A DNA stretch of 64,000 nucleotides from a virus, in IMG/VR virus record IMGVR_UViG_3300033153_008341, one strand, 5' to 3'. How positions within the stretch are numbered: position 1 is the first letter of the stretch; each line of letters opens with the position of its first letter. The translations under genes and the position numbers were made by a program. Under the pieces are notes generated by a model, which worked only from the letters and a program-made list of their open reading frames with translations, made no database searches and was not told the DNA's origin. Below are positions 47,275 through 58,113 of the stretch, in pieces.

Positions 47275-48090
47275 ATGTACGACGCATTCAAAAAACACCT
47301 AGAAGGCCTGGATTCTAGCCCTAACACCATACGAAACTACACCACAGACCTAAAAATGGCTCAGAGACACGGGATAATTACCGAAAATCTGGCCTCAATG
47401 GACCTCAAAAAGCTGGTCAATTTAGACGTAAAGCCTAGAACCAAGCAGAGAATGAGGGCCGCAATACGGAGATACGCCAGGTTCTGTGCAGGTACTGGTA
47501 TTATCAGTCAGGTGCCAGCCGAACTGACCAACTTGGACCTGCCAAAAATAACCAGGAACATCCCTAGAGTCACCCGTTCAGGGAAGGCTAAGGAGTTGCT
47601 GGCTAAAATTGATGACGCGGAATTGTCCCTAATCATTCACCTCTTGGCGACTACGGGATGCCGAATATCATCCCTTGCGGACCTCGAAATTGAGGATTTT
47701 GGTACTAAATCTGTCTTGTTCAGGACCTCCAAAGGGGGTAAACCGTATGTGTCGATCCTTACCCCCGACACCAAAGAAGCATTCCTAAAGCACATCAAAC
47801 ATAGGGCTTCTGGATACGTTTTTTTAACTAATGCTGATCGCAAAGCTACCCCTGATAGCCTACGTGGTAAGCTCTACGCTGGACTTGGTGAAGATTATGT
47901 AAATCCCCACAGTTTTAGACACGGAGTAGCAACAGAGCTTATTGAAAATGGTGTAGATCTAACAGTTGTAAAAACCTTCATGAACCACACCAGCGTTACA
48001 GTTACAGAGACCTATGTCCACTTAGCAGATGAATACATAGTGAAGAAACTCAAAGGTAAACACCCAATGTTAAGTGATTCTGTTGATTAG
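47275..48090 (+). CDS. tyrosine site-specific recombinase (integrase / XerD-like)
   Basis: Catalytic residues in order: TGCRISS (Arg), HSFRHGVATEL (His-x-x-Arg), TETYVHL (Tyr nucleophile). 271 aa with no large N-terminal arm-binding domain. Confidence 0.85.
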   Translation: MYDAFKKHLEGLDSSPNTIRNYTTDLKMAQRHGIITENLASMDLKKLVNLDVKPRTKQRMRAAIRRYARFCAGTGIISQVPAELTNLDLPKITRNIPRVTRSGKAKELLAKIDDAELSLIIHLLATTGCRISSLADLEIEDFGTKSVLFRTSKGGKPYVSILTPDTKEAFLKHIKHRASGYVFLTNADRKATPDSLRGKLYAGLGEDYVNPHSFRHGVATELIENGVDLTVVKTFMNHTSVTVTETYVHLADEYIVKKLKGKHPMLSDSVD

Positions 48091-51000
48091 ATCAATAAGT
48101 TGAATGGTAGGGCTGGTTTTACTCAAAAATACAGCCTTACCACCCAATGAATAGGTTTCTTCAGCAATACCTAAACCAGCAGGGTCTTTATACTGGTCAG
48201 CTGGGATGTAAAAAACTATATCGTCAGAATGTGTATTCATCATTCGTGGTCTTATCTGGAATGCCCCATACCTATAGTTTGAACCTGGATATACATTGTT
48301 ATTACTCAGAATCAAGTCAAAGTTATTACCAGAGATAATTGACCCAGCACTAGTAAATGTTTTGTAATATGTATAGTTATTATTAACAAGCCTGTACCCT
48401 AACGTAAATTGATCCTGCTGTGAGTATCCTACCCCTACCCAAGTCACCCCTCGAAAAGAGTTCAACTCAGAACGAGTAAACTCAGCGTCAACACCATATC
48501 CACCATATGTTGATATTCCGTATGTTGCTACAGTTACTGCTCCCGTTGTTGCATAACAAACACCATAAATAGTAGCCTCTGCATTTGCTGAATCACAATA
48601 TGCAAGTAGCATAGTACCAGAAGGACTCACATCAAAATCTAACGCTGTTAAATTACCTGAAACATGAGCCAACTTGTCATATGATTCCATCACTGACCCA
48701 TATATATTCAACTTGAATATTGTAAAGTGACTAGCTAAAGCACTTTGTTTCGACATATAATAATATCTGTTGTCGGAGTATCGCAACGCCCCAACGTAAC
48801 CATCAGCATCAGTGCTTAGGAGAGTAGGATTACCCCAGTATGTATGCAGAGCATCGCCGGTGAGATCTCTATTGGTTGAAATATCAGAGAAAGAAGAGTA
48901 AGCAAAACTAGAATCCGTTGAAGCAAACAGGATCATTAAAGTAGTGTCGGTGTCGGTGGCTGGATATGGCCTTGCTATTAACGGGTAACCCCCATTATAG
49001 TTCTCATCAAACGTACTATCTAAAGGTCGCGATTCACTGGATGTTCGATTAAAAGTGTCAGAAATCCAACCAACATGAAGATAGGTAGCAAAGCTAGGGT
49101 TTTGGTGAAGCTGGACAAAATAATAACCAATGCCTTTATCATCAATTGTCCCCATAGTTAAGTTGATTGCCCACTGTGTACCTGTTCCCAATAATCCAGG
49201 GGTAGCTTCTATTCGTAGTTCTTTAGTTACTAGATAGATATTCTTATCTCTAAATTGTAGCTCATTTGTTGTAATAGTGTCAGTTTCAATCTCATTGGCA
49301 GTGATAGCCTCAGCGGCAACGTTCTGTGTAATAACCGAATCAGCCTCAATCATATGGCCACGAATTAAATTACCCTGTAAATAATCTGCTGTTACAGACT
49401 TGGTATCATAGTAAGCTCTAGCTGGGGCCTCATCCTTTTCTTCAAATTGAACACCATCTATATGAAGTGTTGCACTAGTAGTTAAAGAATCATATCCAAG
49501 TGTTATTGATATATTAGTAATAGATGGGGTTGCAATATAAAATGTTCCGGTGACTCTTTCCCAAGTTGTTCCAATATCAGAGTAGATAGAGGATTTAAAT
49601 TTTACTAGTTGTGTTTGGTTATCGCGTGCAAGAATGTTTATTTTCAAATCTTCTAAATCATTCACACATCTAGCATAACAACTAAAAACATATTTTCTTG
49701 TGTTTCCAACATATGGTAATACATGTATATCATTTTGTGCTATATAGCTATGACTAGCCTCTGGTGGTATTTCTACATAGTGTGTACCATGATAGGCATC
49801 CCCACTCTTGACATTATATCCATTATTATATTCTACTTTAGCCAATGGTGTTGAGCCATATGTTTGTGGTTTCCAACCATGTGCCCATACAGTGCCACTA
49901 CTAGTTCGATAAACTCTTTCAAAACTAGAGTTGTCTAACATATTTCGAAATTTATCTTTATAATCCGCAACAGGGAAAAGGTATTTATAGTCAGAGATAG
50001 TTGAAAAATTACCTGCAACATCTTCAATTTGGGTGTAATAAATGTAGTCTTTCCAAGGATCAACCTCTTTGTCCACATAAAAGTTAACACCTGCATCTAC
50101 TGAAGTGATGGTAGCAAAGGTAGTTCCTTTAAACGCCACTGTTTCTTCAAGATAAAAAGCGTCACCAGCAAGACCCACCACAGTTTTATAATGCACCTGT
50201 AAACGCATAAGTGTATTAGCACTAGAGTGAATATATGAAAAATCTTGAACTCTCCAATCTACTGATGTATCAACACTTTTATTCCACACAGATGCAACTA
50301 CAGACCCATCACCTGCTTCAATCAATTTTAACCCATAAAAAGGGTTGAGATTAGAAGCATCCCTATATCTAGAAAATGCTGTTATCGTTTCTCCATCGCG
50401 CACTTTAAAGGTATTGCTATTTGCTATATATACAGCTGTCACACCATCTGCTGGGATAATGATAAAACAATGGTCGCCATGAAAAGGAATTGAATCAATT
50501 ACAGCCTTGGCGGCGATATTATCAGCGGTGGCAATGATCCAATGTTCAGCATCAGTATTTGCTTTCATCTCTTGGAATATGGGGTTGTTATTCAATACCT
50601 CAGTTTGAGATCTAAATATATGGGTTTTATACAACCCTGATAAACCATCTGCAATCTTACTATTATCCCACACTACTCTGTTGGCAGCTTGAAGACCTTC
50701 AGACCTTTCTCTATAATTGAAATACTTAAATTTTTGGCTATCCCACGTAGGCTGTTGTATATCTATCGGAACATGTAGAGTTTCATCTGAACCACTAAAA
50801 TTCTCCTCGATATCTTTTACTCGAAACTTTGCCCACCAATTAGAACCAGTTGAAAGTGTTAATTGACCATTAAATTCCGTCCATGCAGACCAATCACCAG
50901 AGACCTTGGTTGAGTAAAAATATGAAGCTATCGCATTTGTACCTTCATACATCAACGAAGCGGTGATAGCTTGATTAAACCAACCATTAGCATTAGGCTC

Positions 51001-53478
51001 TGTGGGTGATCCTCCAGCCAACAAGATAGCACTAAATTGCAAGTTAGCAATATCAGCCAAAGGAGTACCCGTAGCCGATATGGACCCTGAAGCGTTACCA
51101 AAAGTATCTACGGCTATGATATATCTGCTAGCTTGAGCAGTCGAAGTAGTCAACTCAGCATACGTATTGATTGTGCCTGTACCAGAAACCTCGGCTAGTA
51201 TATTGGTCAAAGCACCATCAGTATATATTTTGATTGATTTAAGATCATCAGCTGTCGGATTAGTCCATTGATGATATAACCCACCAGTGTTACCGGTTAA
51301 AGTATAACTTGTTGGGGTTTTAGGGGCTGTAGTATCACCAGAAAGAACACTAGCGGGGACGGAGAAGCTAGACCTGTTTCGTAATGGAGAATTATCGTAG
51401 GCGTCTAGGTAATATGTATAGGTTGTGTCAGGTACAATCTCAAAATCATCCCAAGTTATGATAGCGCCATCGCTTGTTTGTCTTGGTCGATCAATAATAT
51501 GTACAGACTGATTGATATAAATAGATGAGCCGGCACTAGCAGCAAACGTTGGAACAGTTCGAACAAGTGTATAAGGGGTAGCAAACACAGCATAGTTGAT
51601 ATTACTAGACTCCATCGTAGCTGCAGTAAATCCATGTATCCGTCTGTTCAAAGAGACTATAGTACCACCAGTATTGATCGTAGCGTAATACCCTAAACTG
51701 AAAAAGCTAGCAGCAGCAGGGAACTCAAACCCAGGGTAACTTCTATCAGACTTCGTGCCTAACGTGGTATTCTCTAAGTAATAAAAAGGCCCTTGATCCA
51801 ATTGGAGAGTAGAGATAGTAGAAAGTTGAGCTTTTGCGTTGTCATAGAATTTAATTTGAAAAAGCTCACTGAAGTTTCCAAACTTATTAGGGGTTTGTTC
51901 AAGGGAAATACCACCGAAATCTATGGTAGCGTTGTTATACGGACTTAGTGTAGCTGGTATATTAAACTGTAAGTATGCACCGGAAGATGAACTAGGAGTA
52001 AAGGCAACCCCACTACGTGAATATCCAACCCCCGTCATAAGTGTTGGGCTAGTGAATAACGTCGCATCCGCTAAACTACGAATTGAAAAACTATATGGTT
52101 GAGAAATGTGGGATGATGCCATAACACTCAAGTGATAAGTAGCAGCAGTACTCACGTAAAAACTCAATGTTGCATTTTGGGACTTGACCTGAGAAGAATC
52201 CCCAGAAGATCGAATAGTTCTCAACACCCCCAAGCTTTTATTGTGGAGGGTGGACAAAAATGTTGTTAACCCAGTTTGTGTCCACCGGCTTGGGTTAGAC
52301 TTATACCCATCAGCATTATATGGTACTGTGTCAAGTAACTCATTTGATGTGTAAAGGTCAACGAAGTATAAACTAGCAAGGGTGTTAGAAATTAAAGTAG
52401 AAGTGATAGAATACGTACCTGATGTAGCCCTAGTGTGTAGGAAAAAATGAGAACCACTTCTTTTAGATGTCACGTCTGCCTTAATTGTTCCTGCAGTTAA
52501 CTCCCAATCAGTGTTCGCATCAGCAAAAATTGGGTTACTAATATGGTTCTTAGGAACATGCATTACCCTAGATACAGTAGGGTTAAGCGAGGTTACCCCA
52601 GACGTAAAGGAGATAATATCACTAGAGTTTAATGTGCTGTTGGGCAAAACCGTGAAGAGGTGCTGGTCTTCGGTGTTGTTAGAAGTGGTTAACTTAGGTA
52701 AAGTTCCCGGTAAACCAGATTGAATTGTTATCCCAGTGTCATATTTTTCTGACCGGTAAATTCCATTCCCAGCAAAATCTATCGACATATCCCTATTCCA
52801 ACGAAGGGTATTTTTACCACGAGCAACTTCACCTTGAACCACATTATACTGTATGGAGGGGGTAGCCCAAACAGGGACAGAAGGAGCTGTAACATCCAAA
52901 TGTCTCCACGAGGTGATATTGGAATAGTCACTGCCAAAAGCAAAATACCCACCCACGTTGGTATAGTACGTAACTATAATAGTGTTCCACGTATTTGGTT
53001 CAATAGGAATACTTATATTCTTACGCTCTCTACTAGTAGATGATTCATGTAGCAAAGTCAAGGTCGAGTCATTCTCATCTTTCCTGTAAATACGCACATT
53101 ACCAAACGCTTTAGTGTATGCTAAACTAAGAGAAACAGCGTCCACCGAATACAGTTGAACACCCAACATTCTGTTAGTATAGGGCTCATTATGCGGGAAA
53201 ACAGTGGCCTGTGACTCCAACACATCCCATACTATATGACCACCGGCCTCTTTGAATTCCTCAGGAGAAACCCCTTTGGGTCTTTCTGTGCCACTTTGTC
53301 GTTGCAACAAATAAATTCCTGATGTCCAAGACGGATTTACTTGCTGAACGGTTCGTTCTATCTTTGGCTCTTTCCTATTGCTAACACCTACCACTTTTGC
53401 TTGTGTTAAGTCAGTCTCAAGAGACTTGCGAACCTGTTCCTCAATTTGTTGTTTGATTATTTCCAATATATTTGACAT
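48070..53478 (-). CDS. tail fibre / host-recognition structural protein (1802 aa)
   Basis: Very long Ser/Thr/Asn/Gly/Tyr-rich ORF, typical of beta-structure-rich fibre or adhesin proteins. Last gene of the tail block, 3' of the large tail protein. Confidence 0.5.
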   Translation of the reverse strand: MSNILEIIKQQIEEQVRKSLETDLTQAKVVGVSNRKEPKIERTVQQVNPSWTSGIYLLQRQSGTERPKGVSPEEFKEAGGHIVWDVLESQATVFPHNEPYTNRMLGVQLYSVDAVSLSLAYTKAFGNVRIYRKDENDSTLTLLHESSTSRERKNISIPIEPNTWNTIIVTYYTNVGGYFAFGSDYSNITSWRHLDVTAPSVPVWATPSIQYNVVQGEVARGKNTLRWNRDMSIDFAGNGIYRSEKYDTGITIQSGLPGTLPKLTTSNNTEDQHLFTVLPNSTLNSSDIISFTSGVTSLNPTVSRVMHVPKNHISNPIFADANTDWELTAGTIKADVTSKRSGSHFFLHTRATSGTYSITSTLISNTLASLYFVDLYTSNELLDTVPYNADGYKSNPSRWTQTGLTTFLSTLHNKSLGVLRTIRSSGDSSQVKSQNATLSFYVSTAATYHLSVMASSHISQPYSFSIRSLADATLFTSPTLMTGVGYSRSGVAFTPSSSSGAYLQFNIPATLSPYNNATIDFGGISLEQTPNKFGNFSELFQIKFYDNAKAQLSTISTLQLDQGPFYYLENTTLGTKSDRSYPGFEFPAAASFFSLGYYATINTGGTIVSLNRRIHGFTAATMESSNINYAVFATPYTLVRTVPTFAASAGSSIYINQSVHIIDRPRQTSDGAIITWDDFEIVPDTTYTYYLDAYDNSPLRNRSSFSVPASVLSGDTTAPKTPTSYTLTGNTGGLYHQWTNPTADDLKSIKIYTDGALTNILAEVSGTGTINTYAELTTSTAQASRYIIAVDTFGNASGSISATGTPLADIANLQFSAILLAGGSPTEPNANGWFNQAITASLMYEGTNAIASYFYSTKVSGDWSAWTEFNGQLTLSTGSNWWAKFRVKDIEENFSGSDETLHVPIDIQQPTWDSQKFKYFNYRERSEGLQAANRVVWDNSKIADGLSGLYKTHIFRSQTEVLNNNPIFQEMKANTDAEHWIIATADNIAAKAVIDSIPFHGDHCFIIIPADGVTAVYIANSNTFKVRDGETITAFSRYRDASNLNPFYGLKLIEAGDGSVVASVWNKSVDTSVDWRVQDFSYIHSSANTLMRLQVHYKTVVGLAGDAFYLEETVAFKGTTFATITSVDAGVNFYVDKEVDPWKDYIYYTQIEDVAGNFSTISDYKYLFPVADYKDKFRNMLDNSSFERVYRTSSGTVWAHGWKPQTYGSTPLAKVEYNNGYNVKSGDAYHGTHYVEIPPEASHSYIAQNDIHVLPYVGNTRKYVFSCYARCVNDLEDLKINILARDNQTQLVKFKSSIYSDIGTTWERVTGTFYIATPSITNISITLGYDSLTTSATLHIDGVQFEEKDEAPARAYYDTKSVTADYLQGNLIRGHMIEADSVITQNVAAEAITANEIETDTITTNELQFRDKNIYLVTKELRIEATPGLLGTGTQWAINLTMGTIDDKGIGYYFVQLHQNPSFATYLHVGWISDTFNRTSSESRPLDSTFDENYNGGYPLIARPYPATDTDTTLMILFASTDSSFAYSSFSDISTNRDLTGDALHTYWGNPTLLSTDADGYVGALRYSDNRYYYMSKQSALASHFTIFKLNIYGSVMESYDKLAHVSGNLTALDFDVSPSGTMLLAYCDSANAEATIYGVCYATTGAVTVATYGISTYGGYGVDAEFTRSELNSFRGVTWVGVGYSQQDQFTLGYRLVNNNYTYYKTFTSAGSIISGNNFDLILSNNNVYPGSNYRYGAFQIRPRMMNTHSDDIVFYIPADQYKDPAGLGIAEETYSLGGKAVFLSKTSPTIQLIDLINRIT

Positions 53479-53480
53479 GT

Positions 53481-56400
53481 CTATTCCTTGTAAAGCTGAA
53501 CCCCAATAAGTTTGTTATAAGCCACACGATTATAGTCTTGAGCCCCTCTATAAAAAATAGGGTAGTAAATAGCCTCTCTGCCTAATTCTGGTATGTCTCG
53601 ATATGTGTAAGGACCAGTAGAAAATTCCCTCAATTGTAAAGCCCAGTTGACAGTCCCATCATGGTACCCTCTTGTTTGATTATTGTCTGTAGCTAAGAAA
53701 GAAGGTGCTCTATAAAAGACACTTCGACCCAAGACATGCTTACGACCCGAAAAATCGGTAATGGTTAATTTTAAAGCGTGAACATGGGTCATTCCTACTA
53801 AATCATATATTGCCTTAATTTTATTTTCGGCCTCTGGGGTTATATAAGGCAACTCAGGAGCACCCAAATACACTTCAATATCCCGATCTTGGTTGATAGT
53901 CCATGTATGGCTCTGTTGAATTTCCAAAGGGTCTTCGTATACTTGTACTAAATCAACCTTACCTGTACGATAAGTGCTATAGGTTGGATTCTCATAATCA
54001 TCACCGCCGGGATTCATCCAATCCTCTTGTGTCCACATAGCATAATGGTATAAAAATACAAGTATCTTTCTTTCAACTGTTAAATTTACAATCCTGTCAA
54101 CATTAAACTTACTCTTAACAACATACCTTAACCCTTTATTGTCATTTTCAGTTCCTGAATAATAATAGTGGTAATCTGGATGCATGTCTCGAATTTTTAG
54201 GTCTATACCTGGGGCTCTCCTCCAGCTCTCACTTAAAGAGGTATAGTCAATCCCTGAAGCCCTTGCTCCACCACCATCTGTGTCAGTATGTCTAAATTCC
54301 TCAAAAATACCATCGCTACCCCATGAGATGTTGTACCCTTGTGGGCGCATCACTGTATGTATTTTTCTCAAATTTGGGATACTTAGAACTTCCGTAACCA
54401 ACTGTTTAGTAGGGTCTCGATATTGTACTTCAAAATAGAATTGACCATATTTTTCTTCTGACTTATTCCACACATAATAACCTTGACCTGGACGATAAGG
54501 AGCAATATTCACTGACTGATGGTCACTATCAATCCACTTGGCCCGAACAGAAGATATGTCGGGCTTCCATCTATAATTTTTATGGTTGTTATTAGTGAGT
54601 CTAGCTAAGCTGTTTGGGTCGTCACCATATGAGGGAAAATCATATGAGTGTCCACCTTGTCTTCCATAACTACCACAATTCTCTTGATTATGCCTACCAG
54701 CCGCATCAATCATACCCCAAGTATAAGAATATTTCCCAGGCTGGAAACTATCCCACCCAGCAGTATCAGTATAAGTGTTAGGGGTACCTGTTAAGATGTC
54801 TACAATTACCCCCATATGGTTCCGAACAAGTACTTTTACTTGACCAGAGAATAAAAGATCAAACTCAACAGCGGGTTGTACATTAAACTCCTCCGTGACA
54901 TATGGACTAATTTGCGTCTCTATAAATTTAGCGTCAGGATTACCAACAAGAACCGAAAAATCAGCTATAGTAGAAGTATTGAACATGCCTCTTGTCAAAT
55001 CGGTAAAAGTGATAGTAGCCCACGCAGCCTTTTTAATGGGGTTGATGTATGTGTTCAGCGTAGAGAAAACCACACTACCATATTTAATCACCTCATTATT
55101 AAACTTGATATAACCAGAGTATGGCATAGCCCTCTGCAACTCAGCCTGTGTAGGTACATTCCCTTCTATATCATTCCAACGATACAGGCCAATTATTGTA
55201 TCATCACCAGGATCTGGGTAGTTATTCATGCTATACTCAGTAGACTCAACCTTCTCTTCTTTTTTAATCGGGATACCTACATTATACACTTTAGGATTCA
55301 GGAAAACTGTATTGCCCAAACGAGTTAGACTGGGAATTGGGTATGAAATAAAACTTTCCCAAGGCTCAAAAGACTCTAAAGTTAAACTAGTAGTGTACCT
55401 ACCATTGGCACCATACACATCATTTATTCCACTAATATAAAAATCATGCATGGTAGCCATAGAAGACGTTTTTATATCTTTAACCTTGATTTTATCCCCG
55501 ACCTCTAACAACGGTTGACCAATCATATCTAATTGTGGTGTTATAGCTTTCTCAAATGTATTAAAACGTTTAGCTGTTTCACTCGCCAACCACAAAGCTT
55601 TACGTTCTGTAGCCACCTTAGGCTCAATAATCATTGTTTGAAGTCGACGACCAACAAAATGGTTGCTAGACAAAGAACCAATCGATTGCCTATCTATTGC
55701 TCGACCAAGTACATGCTCCTGTACAGGATTCTTAGGATTGATAACCTTCTCTGGTTGTTCAGGATCAACACTCAAGTTTGATGACACGCCCCGTAATCTT
55801 CCAACTACCACCACATCATTTCTCACATTACCGGCATCTGATCTGATTCCAGCATTAGTAACTACTGCTAAATTAGGTGATTCGTCACCAGTATAATAGG
55901 TATCAACCTCATCATCATAATTTTTGTCATAAATCAACAAGGAATTGATAGAAACTGTGGACGTACCTTTTGTGGTCAAATTTAGTGAATAACTACCATA
56001 GTTATAATCACCTAAACCTAACACACATGGGTTATACCCAACAGTATCGTCGGTACCATCAAGGAAAGACCGGGCTGTTGTGTGATTAGTATGATAATCT
56101 AAACTAGCTACTTGACCTAACGTAGGATTAGACAATTTGATATGAATGGTGCCTGTATTAGGTCCTACATCAAACATTAGCTTAGCTGTTCGTCCAATAT
56201 AGGTTGCAACAATTTTGGAACCCTCTGTTTGGGTTGCTAGAGAAAAAGCATAAAATTTGCTAGCACCAATAACCTCTGTCCAGTTACCAGTAACCAACAT
56301 TTCATCTGTTGATTTAGTTTGTGCCGGTCCTTTTACTGACTCTTGATAAAAATCCCCATCATTGTTAAAACCGTAAGAAAATCCGTAATTGTCCATCAAA

Positions 56401-57707
56401 GATTGTAGGTTATCCCCAATGGCTGCTCCGACGGAGAATTGCCAGATATATTCTGAATCCGCTAAATTCTCATCAGTTGTCAAAGGGGCACCATAACTAA
56501 GAGACTTCTCTAATTTAATCTGTACTGAGTTATCCAACCCCTTCTCATTAACCAAATATCTACCGGTATCTATTACATTTTCGACATTCAGTTGTTTTCT
56601 TCTTGCTTCTAACGTTTTAGGGTCAATGTAAGCGTTGATAAGAAGACTATCAACAGCGTCTTTAAAATGCCAACCATCATATGTACGTGGTTTTGTGTCA
56701 CCTGCAACGCCACTTTCATTTTCGGGGCGTCGATAATCGAAAGCTAAGTAATCACTTACGTTTGGATACCCCTCGTTAAAAGCATCCCGCAAAAACACGC
56801 CCCAATCATAAACTTCAACCTTAACTTGATCCCCACGAGTGGATCTATCAATTGTCCATCCCCTAACTTGACCCGCAAACTTTGTAAGTGTAGACGGAGT
56901 CCCACTATAGTCATACCCAGCATTAAATTCAACCATCCTAAACTTACGTATTTTGATGGTAGCGTTGGTTGTGTGCTGAAGATAATCACCGTCTTTCTCA
57001 TATGTATATCCCACAGAGGCTGTAGATTGAACTAATGGGAGTGTAAATTCTAATTTCCCAACTTGTTTTTTGTTTATGTCAATATTAATGTTGCTTGTAT
57101 AGGGTAAAGCATATGAATTTATTCCAATTGCATCATCCAATGTATTATAAAAGTTACCAGTCGACATAGGGATGGGTTGTAAAACACTAGCATTTTTCCA
57201 AGTAACACAGAGGGTATTTGATTTCTGACTAAACTTATTGGGGCTTACATACCAAATTTCTACAGTATTGCTTACGCCCAATCCTGTCACATTTAATGAG
57301 GCTACAATATTATCTGATGTTAGATCAACAGTGGCTAAATTAGTTGAATTTACTTTAATTCTAGCCTTACCATGGCCTGTTAAATAAAACGTAGCTGTAG
57401 TCCCACTGTTTTGATCAAATTTTCCTTGATAATGAAGCCCAAATAGGTTCCCATCATTGTAATTAGGGGAAATCTCAGGTGGATACCCCTTACCATAATG
57501 GAATTTTACCAAGGGAGTCACACCTGTCCACTTAGCAATAGATGTAAATACATCATTGATAGTAGCAGCCACATACATATCCACTTTAGGTGGACGGTGT
57601 TTAACCGTATATGTGGTATCTGTGTAAACTAACTCGGAATAAACCGTGCTATACCTAGACTTGTTTGGCTCTACGTTGTTGATAGTAGGAAAAATATATG
57701 GGATCAT
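53481..57707 (-). CDS. large tail structural protein (1408 aa; tail tip / baseplate-associated)
   Basis: Position between the tape-measure-like gene and the fibre gene; size and composition. Confidence 0.45.
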   Translation of the reverse strand: MIPYIFPTINNVEPNKSRYSTVYSELVYTDTTYTVKHRPPKVDMYVAATINDVFTSIAKWTGVTPLVKFHYGKGYPPEISPNYNDGNLFGLHYQGKFDQNSGTTATFYLTGHGKARIKVNSTNLATVDLTSDNIVASLNVTGLGVSNTVEIWYVSPNKFSQKSNTLCVTWKNASVLQPIPMSTGNFYNTLDDAIGINSYALPYTSNINIDINKKQVGKLEFTLPLVQSTASVGYTYEKDGDYLQHTTNATIKIRKFRMVEFNAGYDYSGTPSTLTKFAGQVRGWTIDRSTRGDQVKVEVYDWGVFLRDAFNEGYPNVSDYLAFDYRRPENESGVAGDTKPRTYDGWHFKDAVDSLLINAYIDPKTLEARRKQLNVENVIDTGRYLVNEKGLDNSVQIKLEKSLSYGAPLTTDENLADSEYIWQFSVGAAIGDNLQSLMDNYGFSYGFNNDGDFYQESVKGPAQTKSTDEMLVTGNWTEVIGASKFYAFSLATQTEGSKIVATYIGRTAKLMFDVGPNTGTIHIKLSNPTLGQVASLDYHTNHTTARSFLDGTDDTVGYNPCVLGLGDYNYGSYSLNLTTKGTSTVSINSLLIYDKNYDDEVDTYYTGDESPNLAVVTNAGIRSDAGNVRNDVVVVGRLRGVSSNLSVDPEQPEKVINPKNPVQEHVLGRAIDRQSIGSLSSNHFVGRRLQTMIIEPKVATERKALWLASETAKRFNTFEKAITPQLDMIGQPLLEVGDKIKVKDIKTSSMATMHDFYISGINDVYGANGRYTTSLTLESFEPWESFISYPIPSLTRLGNTVFLNPKVYNVGIPIKKEEKVESTEYSMNNYPDPGDDTIIGLYRWNDIEGNVPTQAELQRAMPYSGYIKFNNEVIKYGSVVFSTLNTYINPIKKAAWATITFTDLTRGMFNTSTIADFSVLVGNPDAKFIETQISPYVTEEFNVQPAVEFDLLFSGQVKVLVRNHMGVIVDILTGTPNTYTDTAGWDSFQPGKYSYTWGMIDAAGRHNQENCGSYGRQGGHSYDFPSYGDDPNSLARLTNNNHKNYRWKPDISSVRAKWIDSDHQSVNIAPYRPGQGYYVWNKSEEKYGQFYFEVQYRDPTKQLVTEVLSIPNLRKIHTVMRPQGYNISWGSDGIFEEFRHTDTDGGGARASGIDYTSLSESWRRAPGIDLKIRDMHPDYHYYYSGTENDNKGLRYVVKSKFNVDRIVNLTVERKILVFLYHYAMWTQEDWMNPGGDDYENPTYSTYRTGKVDLVQVYEDPLEIQQSHTWTINQDRDIEVYLGAPELPYITPEAENKIKAIYDLVGMTHVHALKLTITDFSGRKHVLGRSVFYRAPSFLATDNNQTRGYHDGTVNWALQLREFSTGPYTYRDIPELGREAIYYPIFYRGAQDYNRVAYNKLIGVQLYKE

Positions 57708-58111
57708 TAGGAGTTCTCTGGTAGGAGTGTTATTTCAACATTATACTTAATCTGTCCACCTCTTGGAATAGAAACAGCTATGTCAGTTACACGAACCAAC
57801 AACCAAGTAGCAGGAGGTGAAATTCTGTAGTCCGCAGTACCAAAATTAACATATTTCTGACTATCAACATACCCCTTTAATGTCCCTATCATTGTACCAA
57901 AGTTAGTATAATTGTCCCGTATATTGGTCCAATACATCTTATAGGGCCTGGAGTCAAAGTAAACTGATTGTTTTACTTTCGACCCGTCTAATGTATCCAC
58001 AGTTGTATATGCATCATCATAGTTCAGTTCTAAACGAGAAGGATTTAAGGGAACTGAATAAGCACCAGAATAGGTGGCGGTATCATTAAATGCAATTCTT
58101 GTTATGGCCAT
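57707..58111 (-). CDS. small tail-module protein (134 aa)
   Basis: Stop/start overlap coupling with both neighbours (ATGA). Confidence 0.45.
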   Translation of the reverse strand: MAITRIAFNDTATYSGAYSVPLNPSRLELNYDDAYTTVDTLDGSKVKQSVYFDSRPYKMYWTNIRDNYTNFGTMIGTLKGYVDSQKYVNFGTADYRISPPATWLLVRVTDIAVSIPRGGQIKYNVEITLLPENS

Positions 58112-58113
58112 AA

